From the NCBI RefSeq assembly GCF_009914755.1, contig NC_060942.1: 64,000 nt of DNA. One strand, 5' to 3'. A program made the position numbers and the translations under genes. The number at the start of each line of letters is the position of its first letter. Position 1 is the stretch's first letter. The notes beneath the pieces are model-generated. The model did no database searches and was not told where the DNA came from. It saw only the letters and a program-made list of their open reading frames with translations. Source of the stretch: the human T2T-CHM13v2.0 reference genome, Homo sapiens. Positions 1 through 12,189 of this stretch are shown here, one piece after another.

Positions 1-599
1 AGGTTCTAATATGCAAATGCTGTAGTTTTCAGAAAATGTCATTAAGTCCTAATTTTGCTTCTTAGTTGTCCTACTCCTTATGGCTTATAATTCAGGGCAT
101 CTCAACTGTGTCATAGTTTGTAACTAAATTTTTTCATAAATCTCTCATTAAAGTAGATAATGTGATTGTCCACTATTACGGAGTTGACCAATTTGTTGTG
201 CTAAGGGCAGAAAAACCAATGGATGTTAAGACCTGGCTTGGAGCAATGATCCTTCTCTATAGACTCAAACTCTGAGCCAGCAGATGTTTGTTAGGATAAT
301 GCTTTATATTGATGTTCAATTCCAGCTGACATGGGAGACCAAAACTCTACTTTTATTTTTTTCCGTTTTCATGAAGAAGCTGCAAATTGACATTCTCTAA
401 TTTTTGACATACATACTTATAATATATTTTGCATCGAACACATTATTCAGCTCTAAATCATCTCACAGACCATCTTCCATGACTATTTTTGCAGCACAAA
501 TCACATTTCGATATTTTGGTGGCACCCATTTTGCTTTGATTCACACTGTTTCCTTAGAGCTAGTCAGCAAATAGTGAAATGATCTTCCAGTGACTGCAC

Positions 600-705
600 A
601 AAATATGGAATGCTTCAAAGAGTTGTGCTGCCTCCTTATGCAGAAGCCATGCTAACTTTCTCTGTATTGTTCCAATTTTAGGATATGTGCCGCCAAAGCA
701 GGCAC
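600..705 (-). pseudogene. U6 snRNA retropseudogene (full length, diverged), 5' half of a chimeric insertion
   Basis: Reverse complement reads GTGCCTGCTTTGGCGGCACATATCCTAAAATTGGAACAATACAGAGAAAGTTAGCATGGCTTCTGCATAAGGAGGCAGCACAACTCTTTGAAGCATTCCATATTTT, collinear with U6 end to end including the ACAGAGA box and terminal U-tract. Confidence 0.95.
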
Positions 706-730
706 AAAGCCCTACTTTTACACATGATTT

Positions 731-776
731 GTGATGAGTCATGGACAAGGCTTGGCTCTTGTCCATGACTCATCAC
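731..776. repeat. Perfect inverted repeat, 19-bp arms with 8-nt loop
   Basis: GTGATGAGTCATGGACAAG (731-749), then GCTTGGCT, then CTTGTCCATGACTCATCAC (758-776). Confidence 0.95.
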
Positions 777-1982
777 TACTTACTTAACCTACTTGAGATT
801 CTGAGAATTCTCTTCAATGGCTTCCTGTGAGGTACAATTTGAAAATATTTTAAAATCTTGAGCTAGAGATGGAAGTAGCTTGGATGATTTTCATTATCAT
901 GTAAATCAGATCACTCAAGGGGCCAACCACAGCTGGGAGCCACTGCTTGGGGAAGGCTCATATGGGACTTTCTACTGCCTAAGGTTCTACACAGGATATA
1001 AAGGTGCCTCACAGTATAGATCTGGTAGCAAAGAAGAAGAAACAAACACTGATCTCTTTCTGCCACATTATTTGAACCCCTCTGACCCTTTATAACAAGC
1101 CCACCTCATATCTGCTAGAGAAAAGACCAACAACGGCCTGAAAGGATCTCTTACCATGAAGGTCTCAGCTCATTCTTGGCTAAGATGTGGGTTCCACATT
1201 AGGTTCTGAATACAGGAGGAAGGGTCAATTTGCTCACTTTGTGTGCGGATAAAGTCAGGATGCCCAGCGGCCAGAGCAGGGTGCTGGTGCTTTGGGAACA
1301 ATGGCTGAGCATATAAGCATAGGTAAGGGAACTAAAAAATGTTGTAACTTCAAAGTCACTGTATGAATCCCCATGAAGACTTGAGGGATCTGAATCAGTA
1401 AGGGCATCTTGGTGTCAAAGGTCAACAATTACCAGGCAGCAGAACCAGTTTGAGTGGCAACAATGCAGCAACAAAAACAATGGAAACAACAGAATGATTG
1501 GAATGTCCTTTTTTTTCTCCTCCTTCTGACTTGATAAAAGGGACTGTCTTCCTTGGATTTAGTGAACCCCTTTGGTTCTTGAAAAATTCAAGGAGTATGT
1601 AGGAGATAGTCCCCAGAAGACAGTACAAGACTTTCTGCTAAACTGGACATTTCAAGACCCAAATAACTAATCAGAAAAATCAAAGATGTGATACTCTTTT
1701 TTATCCCATGCATAGGTGTTATACTTGGATGAAATGAACAATATTGGGATCTCTAAGGATAAAGGTCTTAAAAGTCCTGAGGTAAAGAATCCTGCACCCA
1801 TTGGTACTTCTAACTTGTCTTGCTTTTTGTCTGATTTCTGGCTGATGCAGGGGACTAACTCACTGCCAATCTAAAACTACCTGAACCAAACTATGACATC
1901 TCACCTGATATGTAAGATGCAATTGTTATAATTATTTTAAACCTCAATTTAGCATTAACTAGCCTTTTCATGTAAACACTTA

Positions 1983-2147
<165 letters not shown>

Positions 2148-2798
2148 TTAGGAACTGTAATAAAGTTATTTTAAAAGCTAATTTGATATACTTTACCAAT
2201 TTAACATCTTGCCTGTCCATGCAGAATCAAACATTTACATGCACTAAAAGACATAAGCATCTTGGGTGCTCAAGAGTTCATCTTTGTAAAATACCACCAA
2301 GGTTAAAAGGAAGGGACAAAAAGGAAACCTCTTATCTCAGTGGGGTATTGCATAGCAGAAGCTACTAATTTAAAGTCCTTTGATGGGCAAGAAACAATGC
2401 TAGGGCCACTTATCTGAAGTGGACAAAGATTTAAGTGAAGATTTTGTCACAGCTTCCCTAGACTGATATGCTGTAATAGAAAATTAGCTAGGGGGTAAGA
2501 TAAATAAGAGCTCTCTGCATGCTGAAAGCAGTAATATTAATAATAATGGTAAGAATAGTAGTCACAGGAGTTTCAGTTAATGATGCCAATAAGCATGTGC
2601 TACACACTGAATTAAATGCCACATGTATCTTTCTTGCTTATGCACAGCCAACTTTGAAGGATATATTCTCCTACTTTTCACATATGACAACATATTGGGT
2701 GGTAAATAACGTTCCCAATGTCACACACGTAGCAAGTAAGAAAGTTAGGAATTAAATCCAGTCTTGTGTGAATCCAAAGCCTAGCTCTTTTCTCTCTC

Positions 2799-3152
2799 TT
2801 TTTTTTTTTTCCATGCCCAGCTAGTTTTTTTTTTGTTTTTGTTTTGTTATTTTTTTTTAATTATACTTTAAGTTTTAGGGTACATGTGCACATTGTGCAG
2901 GTTAGTTACATATGTATACATGTGCCATGCTGGTGCGCTGCACCCACTAACTCGTCATCTAGCATTAGGTATATCTCCCAATGCTATCCCTCCCCCCTCC
3001 CCCCACCCCACCACAGTCCCCAGAGTGTGATATTCCCCTTCCTGTGTCCATGTGATCTCATTGTTCAATTCCCACCTATGAGTGAGAATATGCGGTGTTT
3101 GGTTTTTTGTTCTTGCGATAGTTTACTGAGAATGATGATTTCCAATTTCATC
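2799..3152 (-). mobile_element. Young 5'-truncated L1 3' end (L1PA2-like) with double A-tail and TSD
   Basis: Near-consensus L1 3' UTR; diagnostic GATGAC-GAG-TTAG (not the Ta ACA) and AAAACTTAAAGTATAA. TSD TCTTTTCTCT at 2786-2795 and 3151-3160. Confidence 0.9.
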
Positions 3153-3823
3153 TTTTCTCTTTATCACCCACCTACAGCTTGCCTTCATTAAAGGAAAAGT
3201 GTATCCACTTAAAACTATCTTCACTCCCTCTCTCCATACCAACTAAAAATAAAAACATCAAAATACACTGGAAATAAAGAAGAAAAAAAGCTGTTGAACC
3301 CACAGTATGTGGGAATAGCAATTAATTGTCATGTGGCGATAAGCTAACATTAATATTCTTCAAAGAAAGCAACTTAAAGCAGAGTCGTTGAAAAGATAAA
3401 AGGATTTTCAACTCCTATTTATGTTTAATACAGCATATTTAGTGGAAAAACATATAAGATACAGAGGTTAAAACCTACTAGAAAGGGTTAAGAAGTTCAA
3501 TACTGAGTCATAAAGTAAACTGAAAGTTAAAGTTCAAACTTCATAAAATTAATATGAAATCCCTTTAGCTAACATAAGATCATGTAACCAAAAACATCAT
3601 ACAACAAATAACATCAGTCAATATAATAAGAGAAGATGAATCCTACTAAAACAGTTCTTTATGTTGCCCAGTCCAAATAATTGCTTTTCTACTTAACTGA
3701 TTTGTGTTGATACTGATCACTATGTCCCAATAAGTATAATTTAATCTTATTAATTTATTATTTATGACTTGAGTGACTGCTATCAATCTAGAACAACACA
3801 CAGATTAAAAGAAATAACCATAC

Positions 3824-3930
3824 CTTCCATATCTATCAAGTGCATTTAAATTAGCTTTTTTCTTGATTAAAAATTTCACCACTTGCTGTTTTTGTTCATG
3901 TACGCCAAGCAAAAGTGGTGTGAGGCCACA
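3824..3930 (-). CDS. POTEC: POTE coding exon 4 (107 bp, ankyrin repeat)
   Basis: ttttacag|TGT...GGAAG|gtatgg; [36 protein letters not shown]. Confidence 0.93.
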
Positions 3931-4908
3931 CTGTAAAACAATATAAAACAAAAACAATATGTAATTCAAAAAATTATGTATTTCTCAACTGAACTGGAAG
4001 CTTATGGACTTACACTCACAGAAAGTAAATAAAATTTGGTCACTTCCTTCTCACTCTTCTGTACTTTCCCACATGCCACTCCTTCCCTTGGAAACATCCC
4101 TTCTCTGCCTCACCACATTAAATCTGATCATCTCAAAAACTCACTTTAACATTTACTGTTTCCAAGACTCTTTGTTTCTAAACGAGCATTTGGCATGGCA
4201 CTTTTGGATGATTTTTTTTTTCATTTAAACAAAAAGCTTCTTGAGGGCGGGGGCTGTATCTTTTATCTCTATATTATCCAACCCTAAGACAAAATTGTTG
4301 TGTATAAAGCAAGAATTTGAATGTAAAATATTTCTTTAGTTTCACATGTTTTACCAAAGTTCAAGCTCCAACGTGCAATAAATATTGCTATTAATAATCA
4401 CACTGCCCATTTCAAGAATTTTTCCAACATTTATTCATTTAAAATCTATTTGTATTTAATTTTTCCAGATTGTTAACTAGATAGATAATCAGTTCATAGG
4501 ATTACTGAAACTAAGAGATTTCCTATCTGTATTCTTAATAACTCCATGGTTTTTAGTGTTTAAACCTGCCATCCTGATTAAGCCAAAGCTCTACAAACTT
4601 AAGAGACATACTGGATAATACAGCTTCAATTGAAAAAAAAGGTTTAGAATTTGCTACAATTCTGAGAAAACTCTGCTCTTAAAAACGACTTACTGACCTA
4701 AGCACTTGAATGATTGAACAAAGGGACACAAAGTCCTGAGAGAGCCATCCTCTACTTATTGGAAGACTACTCACTGCAAATTTCTAAAGACCTTCTGAAT
4801 GGCAGTGAATAACTGATGGTAGAAAGGAAAAGCTATTATTCTGTAAGCTGATAGATAGTGCCAATAATATTCATTTTAATGTCCCAACGACAGAGATAAG
4901 TCAGACTA

Positions 4909-5163
4909 GGCCAGGAATGGTGGCTCACACCTGTAATCTTAGCATTTTGGGAGCCTGAGGTGGGTGATTCACTTGAGCCCAGGAGTTCAAGATCAGCCTG
5001 AGAAACATGGCAAAAACCTCATCTCTACTAAAAAAAAAATACAAAAACAGATTGGAGGACCACCAGAGCTTAGGGATGTCAAGGCTGTGGTGATCTGTGA
5101 CCGCATCACTGCACTCCAGCCTGGGGAACAGAGTGAGACCCCATCTCAAAAACAAACAAAAAT
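4909..5163 (+). mobile_element. Alu (AluJ-like, right arm partly deleted)
   Basis: GGCCAGG...TGGCTCACACCTGTAATC, TTGAGCCCAGGAGTTC, A-rich linker and tail. Confidence 0.85.
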
Positions 5164-5321
5164 TTAGATTAATGTTATTGGAAAGGAAAGATTTAAAGGA
5201 ATTAGCACATATCCAACTCCAACTCTTCTAGAAATATCTGAAGTTTCTGAGATATAAGAATTTACATATTACACTTATGTATTCAGTGGTTAAGCAGGAG
5301 TGTATCCGGATTTTGAGAAAT

Positions 5322-5454
5322 TTGTTGTTGTTGTTGTTAGAGACAGGGTCTCATTATGCTGACCAGGCTAGACTAGAACTCCTAAGCTCAAGCAATCCTC
5401 CCACCTCAGCCTCCCTAGCAGCTGGGACTACAGCCATGCACCACCATGCCTGGC
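5322..5454 (-). mobile_element. Alu monomer (FLAM-like) with (TTG)n tail
   Basis: AGACAGGGTCTC...AGCAATCCTCCCACCTCAGCCTCC...CCATGCCTGGC, single arm only. Confidence 0.8.
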
Positions 5455-6094
5455 TTCAAGGAAACATTTTTAAACATACATATCCAGGCTTTATTAGACT
5501 TACTCTATCAAAATCTTCAGGGGAAAACCTAGACTTGAAGATTATTTAAAAATTTTCCTGAGGTAACTGGAATGCACAACTCTAGCTGGAAGCTAGTGCA
5601 ATAGACAATTATTTCAGTCTCATCTCTCATCCACATAAACAATTCCCTTTATCATTTGAGGATCTGGCCAAAAAGAGGAAAGAGTAGGAGAGAGACTCAT
5701 TTGCTGAAAACACCACAAAATTTTCCCCAGTAAGAGTAGAACAAGGTCTAGTAAACTCAAAATCCAACCTGATCTTTTTACTTATAAGCCTCTTATCTCC
5801 CACCTTCCCATCAAGACATTCTAGAATTGAAAGCAGAGTTGAGACTCTAATTGGCCATTTCTACCAGAATAGGATACTAAGTTGGTTAATTACTTGTTAT
5901 TCCTTCTACTCAAGGGTTTCCCACTACATTACCACATATTCACTGCCAATCTGGTTCCTCAGAGGCCTCCTAAAATTTATCTCTAGGCAGTTTACAACCC
6001 ACTAACTCCCTCTCCCAAACTGAAAACTGTCATTCTCTAAAATGGAAAAGAACCCTGTCTCACCATATAAAGGAAACGAATGAACAACAATAAC

Positions 6095-6095
<1 letters not shown>

Positions 6096-6140
<45 letters not shown>
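6096..6140. repeat. (CA)n microsatellite followed by A-rich tract
   Basis: About 22 uninterrupted CA units. Confidence 0.95.
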
Positions 6141-6144
<4 letters not shown>

Positions 6145-6724
6145 AAAAAAAACAAAAAAAAACCTCTTCATGGTCTTTTCCCCCATTACCTAATTTCCAA
6201 GTTGGCCTTGATATTTCTGATTGCTGCATTTTTCCCTTTCCACTTCTGCCTCATGAGCAATCAGAAATATCTTAAGCCTTGCCACTGAGAGATACATCAC
6301 CTCATATCTATTAGTGTTTTTTTAGGAATTTGTCAAAGTAGCAGGATTACTATTCACTGAAACATGTTTAAGTTTTCTTGGAGTTTTAATGTAAAACCTA
6401 TTTCCAGGGCAAATTTTGTCATTTTACATTCGTTAGGGAAAAAAAAGTTGGCAGGGAAAAATTGAAAAAAAAAAGTATTACCTTTTACAAATTCAGTGTT
6501 TTTTTTAAAAAAGCATTAACCACAAGTGCACTGAAAAAACTGTACCCTCTAATGCTTCTTTAAAAGTAACAATATTTAAAATAAAGTCTTAGATAATTAA
6601 GTCATTTCAAAATATTTTCATTCAGGTTATGCTTGAGCTTCCAAATACGGAAAACTGGCCCTTACACAGGTCAATGTTAACACGAATGCATTTCAGTATT
6701 TTGAAGATAAAATTGGTAGATCTA

Positions 6725-6904
<180 letters not shown>

Positions 6905-7061
6905 TCAGTATTAGACCAAAAACAAATTATTAAGTCCCAGGAATTCAAAATAACATTCCACAGCTTTCACCAACTAGTTATATTTAAATGAGAAAACTCA
7001 TTTTTATGCTATCTATTGAAATCAAACCCATCTCACGCTGATATAGTTGACTACTGCATAC

Positions 7062-7176
7062 CTTTATCAGAGCTGTCCTTTTTTTGTTGTCAAGGACATT
7101 AAGTTGACATCGTCTGTCCAGCAGGAGTTGTACTACTTCTGAATTTCCATTGGCAGAGGCCAAATGTAGAGCAGTC
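7062..7176 (-). CDS. POTEC: POTE coding exon 2 (115 bp, ankyrin repeat)
   Basis: ctcatag|G...ATAAAG|gtatgc; (R)[38 protein letters not shown]; phase matches exon 1 (521+115=636). Confidence 0.94.
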
Positions 7177-7379
7177 CTATGAGAGTGAGAAGACTTCAGG
7201 AAATTGTAGTGCACTAGCTAATGCCACATTAATGATTCATGTAGTTGCAAACACTGAATAGCCTATTACTCTGCCTTCAAAACAAACTCAATTTTCCTTT
7301 GAAGAAAGCACACTACTTATTACCTCTCATTACTCACTGTATTAATGAAAGAGCAGCCTATTTGAATAGAAAGAGCACA

Positions 7380-7570
7380 GCTCTTGGATGACATTCAACT
7401 TGGGCTGGAATCCTACTTGAAGCTCTGTCGCTTCCTAGCTGTTGCTTAGCCTTTTTGTGTCTCAATTTCCTCATCAATAAAATGGGAATGAAAATAGTCA
7501 GTTTCTCAGAGGAAACCACTGTAATGCTTAAATAAGACTCTACACAAAATATAGAATAGTTCCTAACACA
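7380..7570 (+). mobile_element. MIR fragment
   Basis: MIR core-like GTCTCAATTTCCTCATCAATAAAATGGGAATGAAAATAG; boundaries approximate. Confidence 0.55.
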
Positions 7571-8195
7571 AATAACAGCTCAAAAATTGTAAGATATTAT
7601 AATTTTTACTAATACCACTAAAGACAACATTTGAATTAAGTGAAACGATACAATTAAACCTACACTTTCAGGTACATTTTAAAGATTACAGGTAGCGCTG
7701 TACTGTATTTTATTGAGTCTAAGATGGTCATTGTCTCCATGTTTTAACATTTCTTACACGGAAATACCACTTATAATTCATGATTTACTATAATTATAAT
7801 TGGCAGCATTTAAATAATTTTCTTAGTGAGACATAAAATACAATCCCTGGTGCCTTACATTAAGTAGAATATGTTATAATATAACAGGTCTGGGGCAGTT
7901 CCAGTCAGATGACTAGCATTTAGATAAATTTTAGTTCTTAAAAGAACTATGGAATAAGAGGGCTGAGGTGAAAACAAAAACAATTTTCTAAAATAATCTA
8001 TTTCTTACTTTGGTTTTCAAAAACTTTAAGCCAAAGAAAACTTGAAATTCAAATGAATAGCATGGGCTCATTTTTTTCAATACTTAGATTTATAAAATGT
8101 ATGTACATCAGATATTTCTAATCATTCATATTAGGATTTAAGACTGTTATAAATTTTCTCTTTTTAAAATGGATTTATGAAACTATTTGTGGAGC

Positions 8196-8587
8196 TTTTT
8201 TCAACTTTTACATTCGGGGATACAGGTGCAGGATGTGCAGGTTGGTTAACATAGGTAAACGTGTGCCAAGGGGGTTGGTTGTACAGATTATTTCATTACC
8301 CAGGTGTTAAGCCTAGTACCCGTTAGTTCTATTTCCTGCTTCTTTCCTTCCTCCCACCCTCCACCCTCTGATAGGCCCCAGTGTATGTTGCTTCCCTCTA
8401 GGTGTCTGTGTGTTCTCCTCATTTAGCTCCCACCTATAAGTGAGACCATGCAGTATTTGGTTTTCTCTTCCTATGTTAGTTTGCTAAGGATAATGGCCTT
8501 CAACACCATCCATGTCCCTGCAAAGGACAGGCTCTTGTTCTTTCTTTTATGGCTACATAGTATTCCATGCTGTTTATGTACCACATT
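8196..8587 (-). mobile_element. L1 3' end fragment (older L1PA/L1PB)
   Basis: TTGTACAGATTATTTCATTACCCAGG...CCCACCTATAAGTGAGA...CATCCATGTCCCTGCAAAGGACA. Confidence 0.85.
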
Positions 8588-9740
8588 TAAGTTCTTAAAA
8601 CAGCTAAAACAGTCTTTACCCAAGCCTTATACATTTTCAAAAGGGCAGTTAAGGGTTATCTTTCACTATTTTCCACCTTCAGAAATGCTTTTGTTTGAAA
8701 GCAGGGAGGAAAAGCTTCAATTGAGATTAAGTCCTAATGCCCCAATTTTGATTCTCTCAGCTTGCTCAGGCGCAGCAGGTAAACATGAAGTTTTCAAAGG
8801 TGGAAGGATCCTGAGAGATGGCAGAATATGCCTGCCATATAATAGGTGTCTGGCTTATGTTTGATGACTAAACGGATTGAAAGAATGGATAAACATAGGT
8901 TGGAAGTTCAATATTTTTAAAAGAAAACTCCTGTTGAGTAGAGCAATACATTTGTGATAGTAACGATCATTTATATTTGCTATTTTAGTTTTCATAAATA
9001 TATAACTAAACTAAAATAATTAATCCATACTATTTACACATGTTAATCTATATATAATGAAAGATAATTATATAATAAAATGTATATACAATAAAATCTA
9101 CCAGAAGAGGTAAACAGAAGCCCTCTACTTCTGAAGAGGGTAAAAGTTCACAGAAGATAGCCATCCACAGGTATAAAAATAAATAATAGAATGTGAGAAA
9201 TTATTTGTATCTATGCAAGTAGCATATTCCTTCTCTTCCCAAGTATTATTTCATTACTAATGAAACTTAACTAAAACTTTTCAGATGTTCATTGCAGAAA
9301 TCACAGATAAGAGAAAGGGAAAAACTTCACTTACAAATCCCCAGAAATAAGTTTGATTATATTTTCCACATATTTCCAGCTAACACAAGAGCAGATTCTG
9401 TTTGTGTATATGTATAACAAACTGATTTTTTCTCACTTGATATAGCAAAGTACATCTTTGCATGCCGACATATCTCTGTATCTACTGACACCCTCAATGG
9501 TTACATATTATTCCATCCTATGGATGCACTAAAATTTGTTCATAAAATCTTTATATGAGTTCTCAACACATGGCTATTTTAAGCAATACTAAGAAAAACA
9601 GCTGTGTCTGTTTCATATAGATATTTCAGTATAATGGAATAGATGGGTAAAAGGCATACACATTTTAAAAATGTGGTTCTTACCATCAAAGTGTCTATTT
9701 GAAAAGTCGCAGCAACTTAAACTTTCAGCAAGTAATATAA

Positions 9741-10145
<405 letters not shown>

Positions 10146-10291
10146 TAGTCTTTCATTCCTCTTCTAACTTAAATTCCTTCTCTTAGCAGGAATGCTATGT
10201 TTTCCTATGTGCACAGGTCACTGGTAGACATGCAAAAAAGTACCTTGCCCAATTTTAAATTGAGCTTATTTTATTATATCTGCATATATAT

Positions 10292-10582
10292 GCCGGTTTC
10301 AGAGGCTCATGACTGTAATCTCAGCACTTTGGGAGGCTGAGGTGGGTGGATCACAAGGACAGGAGTTCAAGACCAGCCTGGCAAAGATGGTGAAATCCCG
10401 TCTTAAGAACACAAAAAAGTAGCCAGGCATGGTGGTGGGTGCCTGTAATCCCAGCTACTTGGTAGGCTGAGGCAGAGAATTACTTGAACCAGGAACCAGA
10501 GGTTGTAGTGAGCTGATATTGCACCACTGCACTCCAGCCTGGGCCATGGAGTGAGAGTCTGTCTCAGAAAAATAAATAAATA
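10292..10582 (+). mobile_element. AluS (Sg-like)
   Basis: Full dimer with AATA tail; degenerate TSD ATAT(C/T)TGCA(T/C)ATATA. Confidence 0.9.
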
Positions 10583-11552
10583 TTTGCACATATAAATAGG
10601 CATTTGTGTTTTCTTCTGGTACTTTTCTCCTTTTGTATCTTTAAAATTTTTAATCTATACTCCAGGAACTTATTTTTGTGACATAAAAATCTAGGTAGTT
10701 TTCTCCAAACAGCATGCATTTAATTTATGAATAATTCACCTTGTTTTACCAATATGAAACATCACCATTATCAAGTGCTAAATTCTTACATATATTTGGG
10801 TATTTCTGGATTTCCTATTCTGTTCTGTTCATTTATGTCTTTTCAGCTGTTAGTAAACAATTTGTGGAAATAACACATGCACATTTTGATATCTGGAAAA
10901 GCAAGTCTTTTTCCATTCTGTTACAAAAAATCAATTTATCACAATGATAAAATACATCATGTGCAATTTAAAGACACTAAGACTTTGCTATTTTTATTTG
11001 GCTTATGTAAAAGTGATAAACACAGAAAAAGCTCACATCTTAAGAAAAACGAACCTTCCTATTCAAAGATATGAACCATACTTCCCATTTCAGTTTCCTT
11101 TTAAGGTTACTCAGTAAAGAACGTATTTACATAGGGCACATCGATATAAAATCCATATTGGATTTTATTTGAAAAATATTTAGCCCAGAAGTTGATATAT
11201 TATGGGGCTTAGTTCTCAATATACACCTTTCTATAGTGTATAGAACATTGTTTTAAAATGTGTACATTAAAAATAATCTGCTGCATTGACTTAATTTTGC
11301 GAGTTAAATCACTTTAAAACCGTCTATTAGTGTTCTATAAGGGAAATTATAATTGGATTGAAAATCAGCTAACATTTTTTGTGTTGCTGTTTATAAAGGG
11401 ACCTGGGCCCTGACCTCTCTGAGGTTTCCACACCCAGGGTGGTGTGGGGCCTGCGGAGGAAGAGAAAGCCTGGCTCCTCCCTCCCTGCGCCAGGAGGGTA
11501 TGTCCCCATCATCCCCCCATGTCCCGCCTCCTCCCATCCCAGGCCCAGTTAC

Positions 11553-12073
11553 CTCTTTTGCTTGTCCCTCTTGTTCATGTCCGTGTCCCTGAGCATGACG
11601 ATGAGATCCTTTCTGGGGACCTTACCCCACCAGGCAGCTCTGTGGAGCTTGTCCAGATCTTCTCGACGGACGTGGTACCTCGGCTCCATGAAGGCGCTGT
11701 CGTCGTAGTCTCCCCAAGCGCCCACGTTGCTCTTGCCGCTCCCCCTGCAGCAGGGGAAGCAGTGACAGCACCACTTGCCCATCTTGCTCCTGAGCGTCTT
11801 CATAAAGGAGTTGTCATCGTCTCCAGAAGTGCCCACGTTGCTCGTGCCGCTCCCCCTGCAGCAGGGGAAGCAGTGGTGGCAACACTTGCCCATCTTGCTC
11901 CTGAGCATCTTCATAAAGGAGTCGTCGTGGTCTCCAGAAGTGCCCATGTTGCTCTTGCCGCTCCCCTTGCAGCAGGGGAAGCGGTGGTGAAACCACTTGC
12001 CCATCTTGCTCCTGAGATCGAATGGCTTCTTCACAGCAGAGGCAGCGGGCATTGAACAAACCTCAGCCACCAT
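11553..12073 (-). CDS. POTEC: POTE coding exon 1 (521 bp coding): three Cys-rich repeats and start of the ankyrin region
   Basis: ATG at 12073; [39 protein letters not shown]...[31 protein letters not shown](R); donor AG|gtaact. POTE family is certain. The paralog call rests on recalled POTEC residues ([18 protein letters not shown]) and the neighbouring OR4K pseudogene. Confidence 0.93.
11684..12016 (-). repeat. Three tandem 111-bp (37-aa) Cys-rich POTE repeats
   Basis: Anchor CCCATCTTGCTCCTGAG recurs at 11778, 11889 and 12000 (spacing 111). Confidence 0.95.
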
Positions 12074-12189
12074 CTGCTTTTAACAGCCCGGGGAGGCCGG
12101 TAGTAGCGAACAGATCGCGTCTACCAACCAGTTTCACCAACTAGCAGGAAACCCTGGGTTTCCAATCTGTTTGAAGAGAAAGGTCAATC

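Noticed and set aside
706-780. Possible Pol III promoter (TATA/PSE) making the U6 copy a true gene
   Set aside because: No TATA box at about -30 and no recognisable PSE; the upstream sequence is the TSD, and the U6 body has many substitutions in the ISL and 3' stem.
11684-12016. Regularly spaced direct repeats that could suggest a CRISPR-like array
   Set aside because: Contiguous in-frame coding tandem repeats with no unique spacers, in a primate gene.
11444-12055. 203-aa plus-strand ORF, and other overlapping ORFs, antisense to POTE exon 1
   Set aside because: Shadow of the GC-rich 111-bp repeated coding strand; starts at GTG; no independent evidence.
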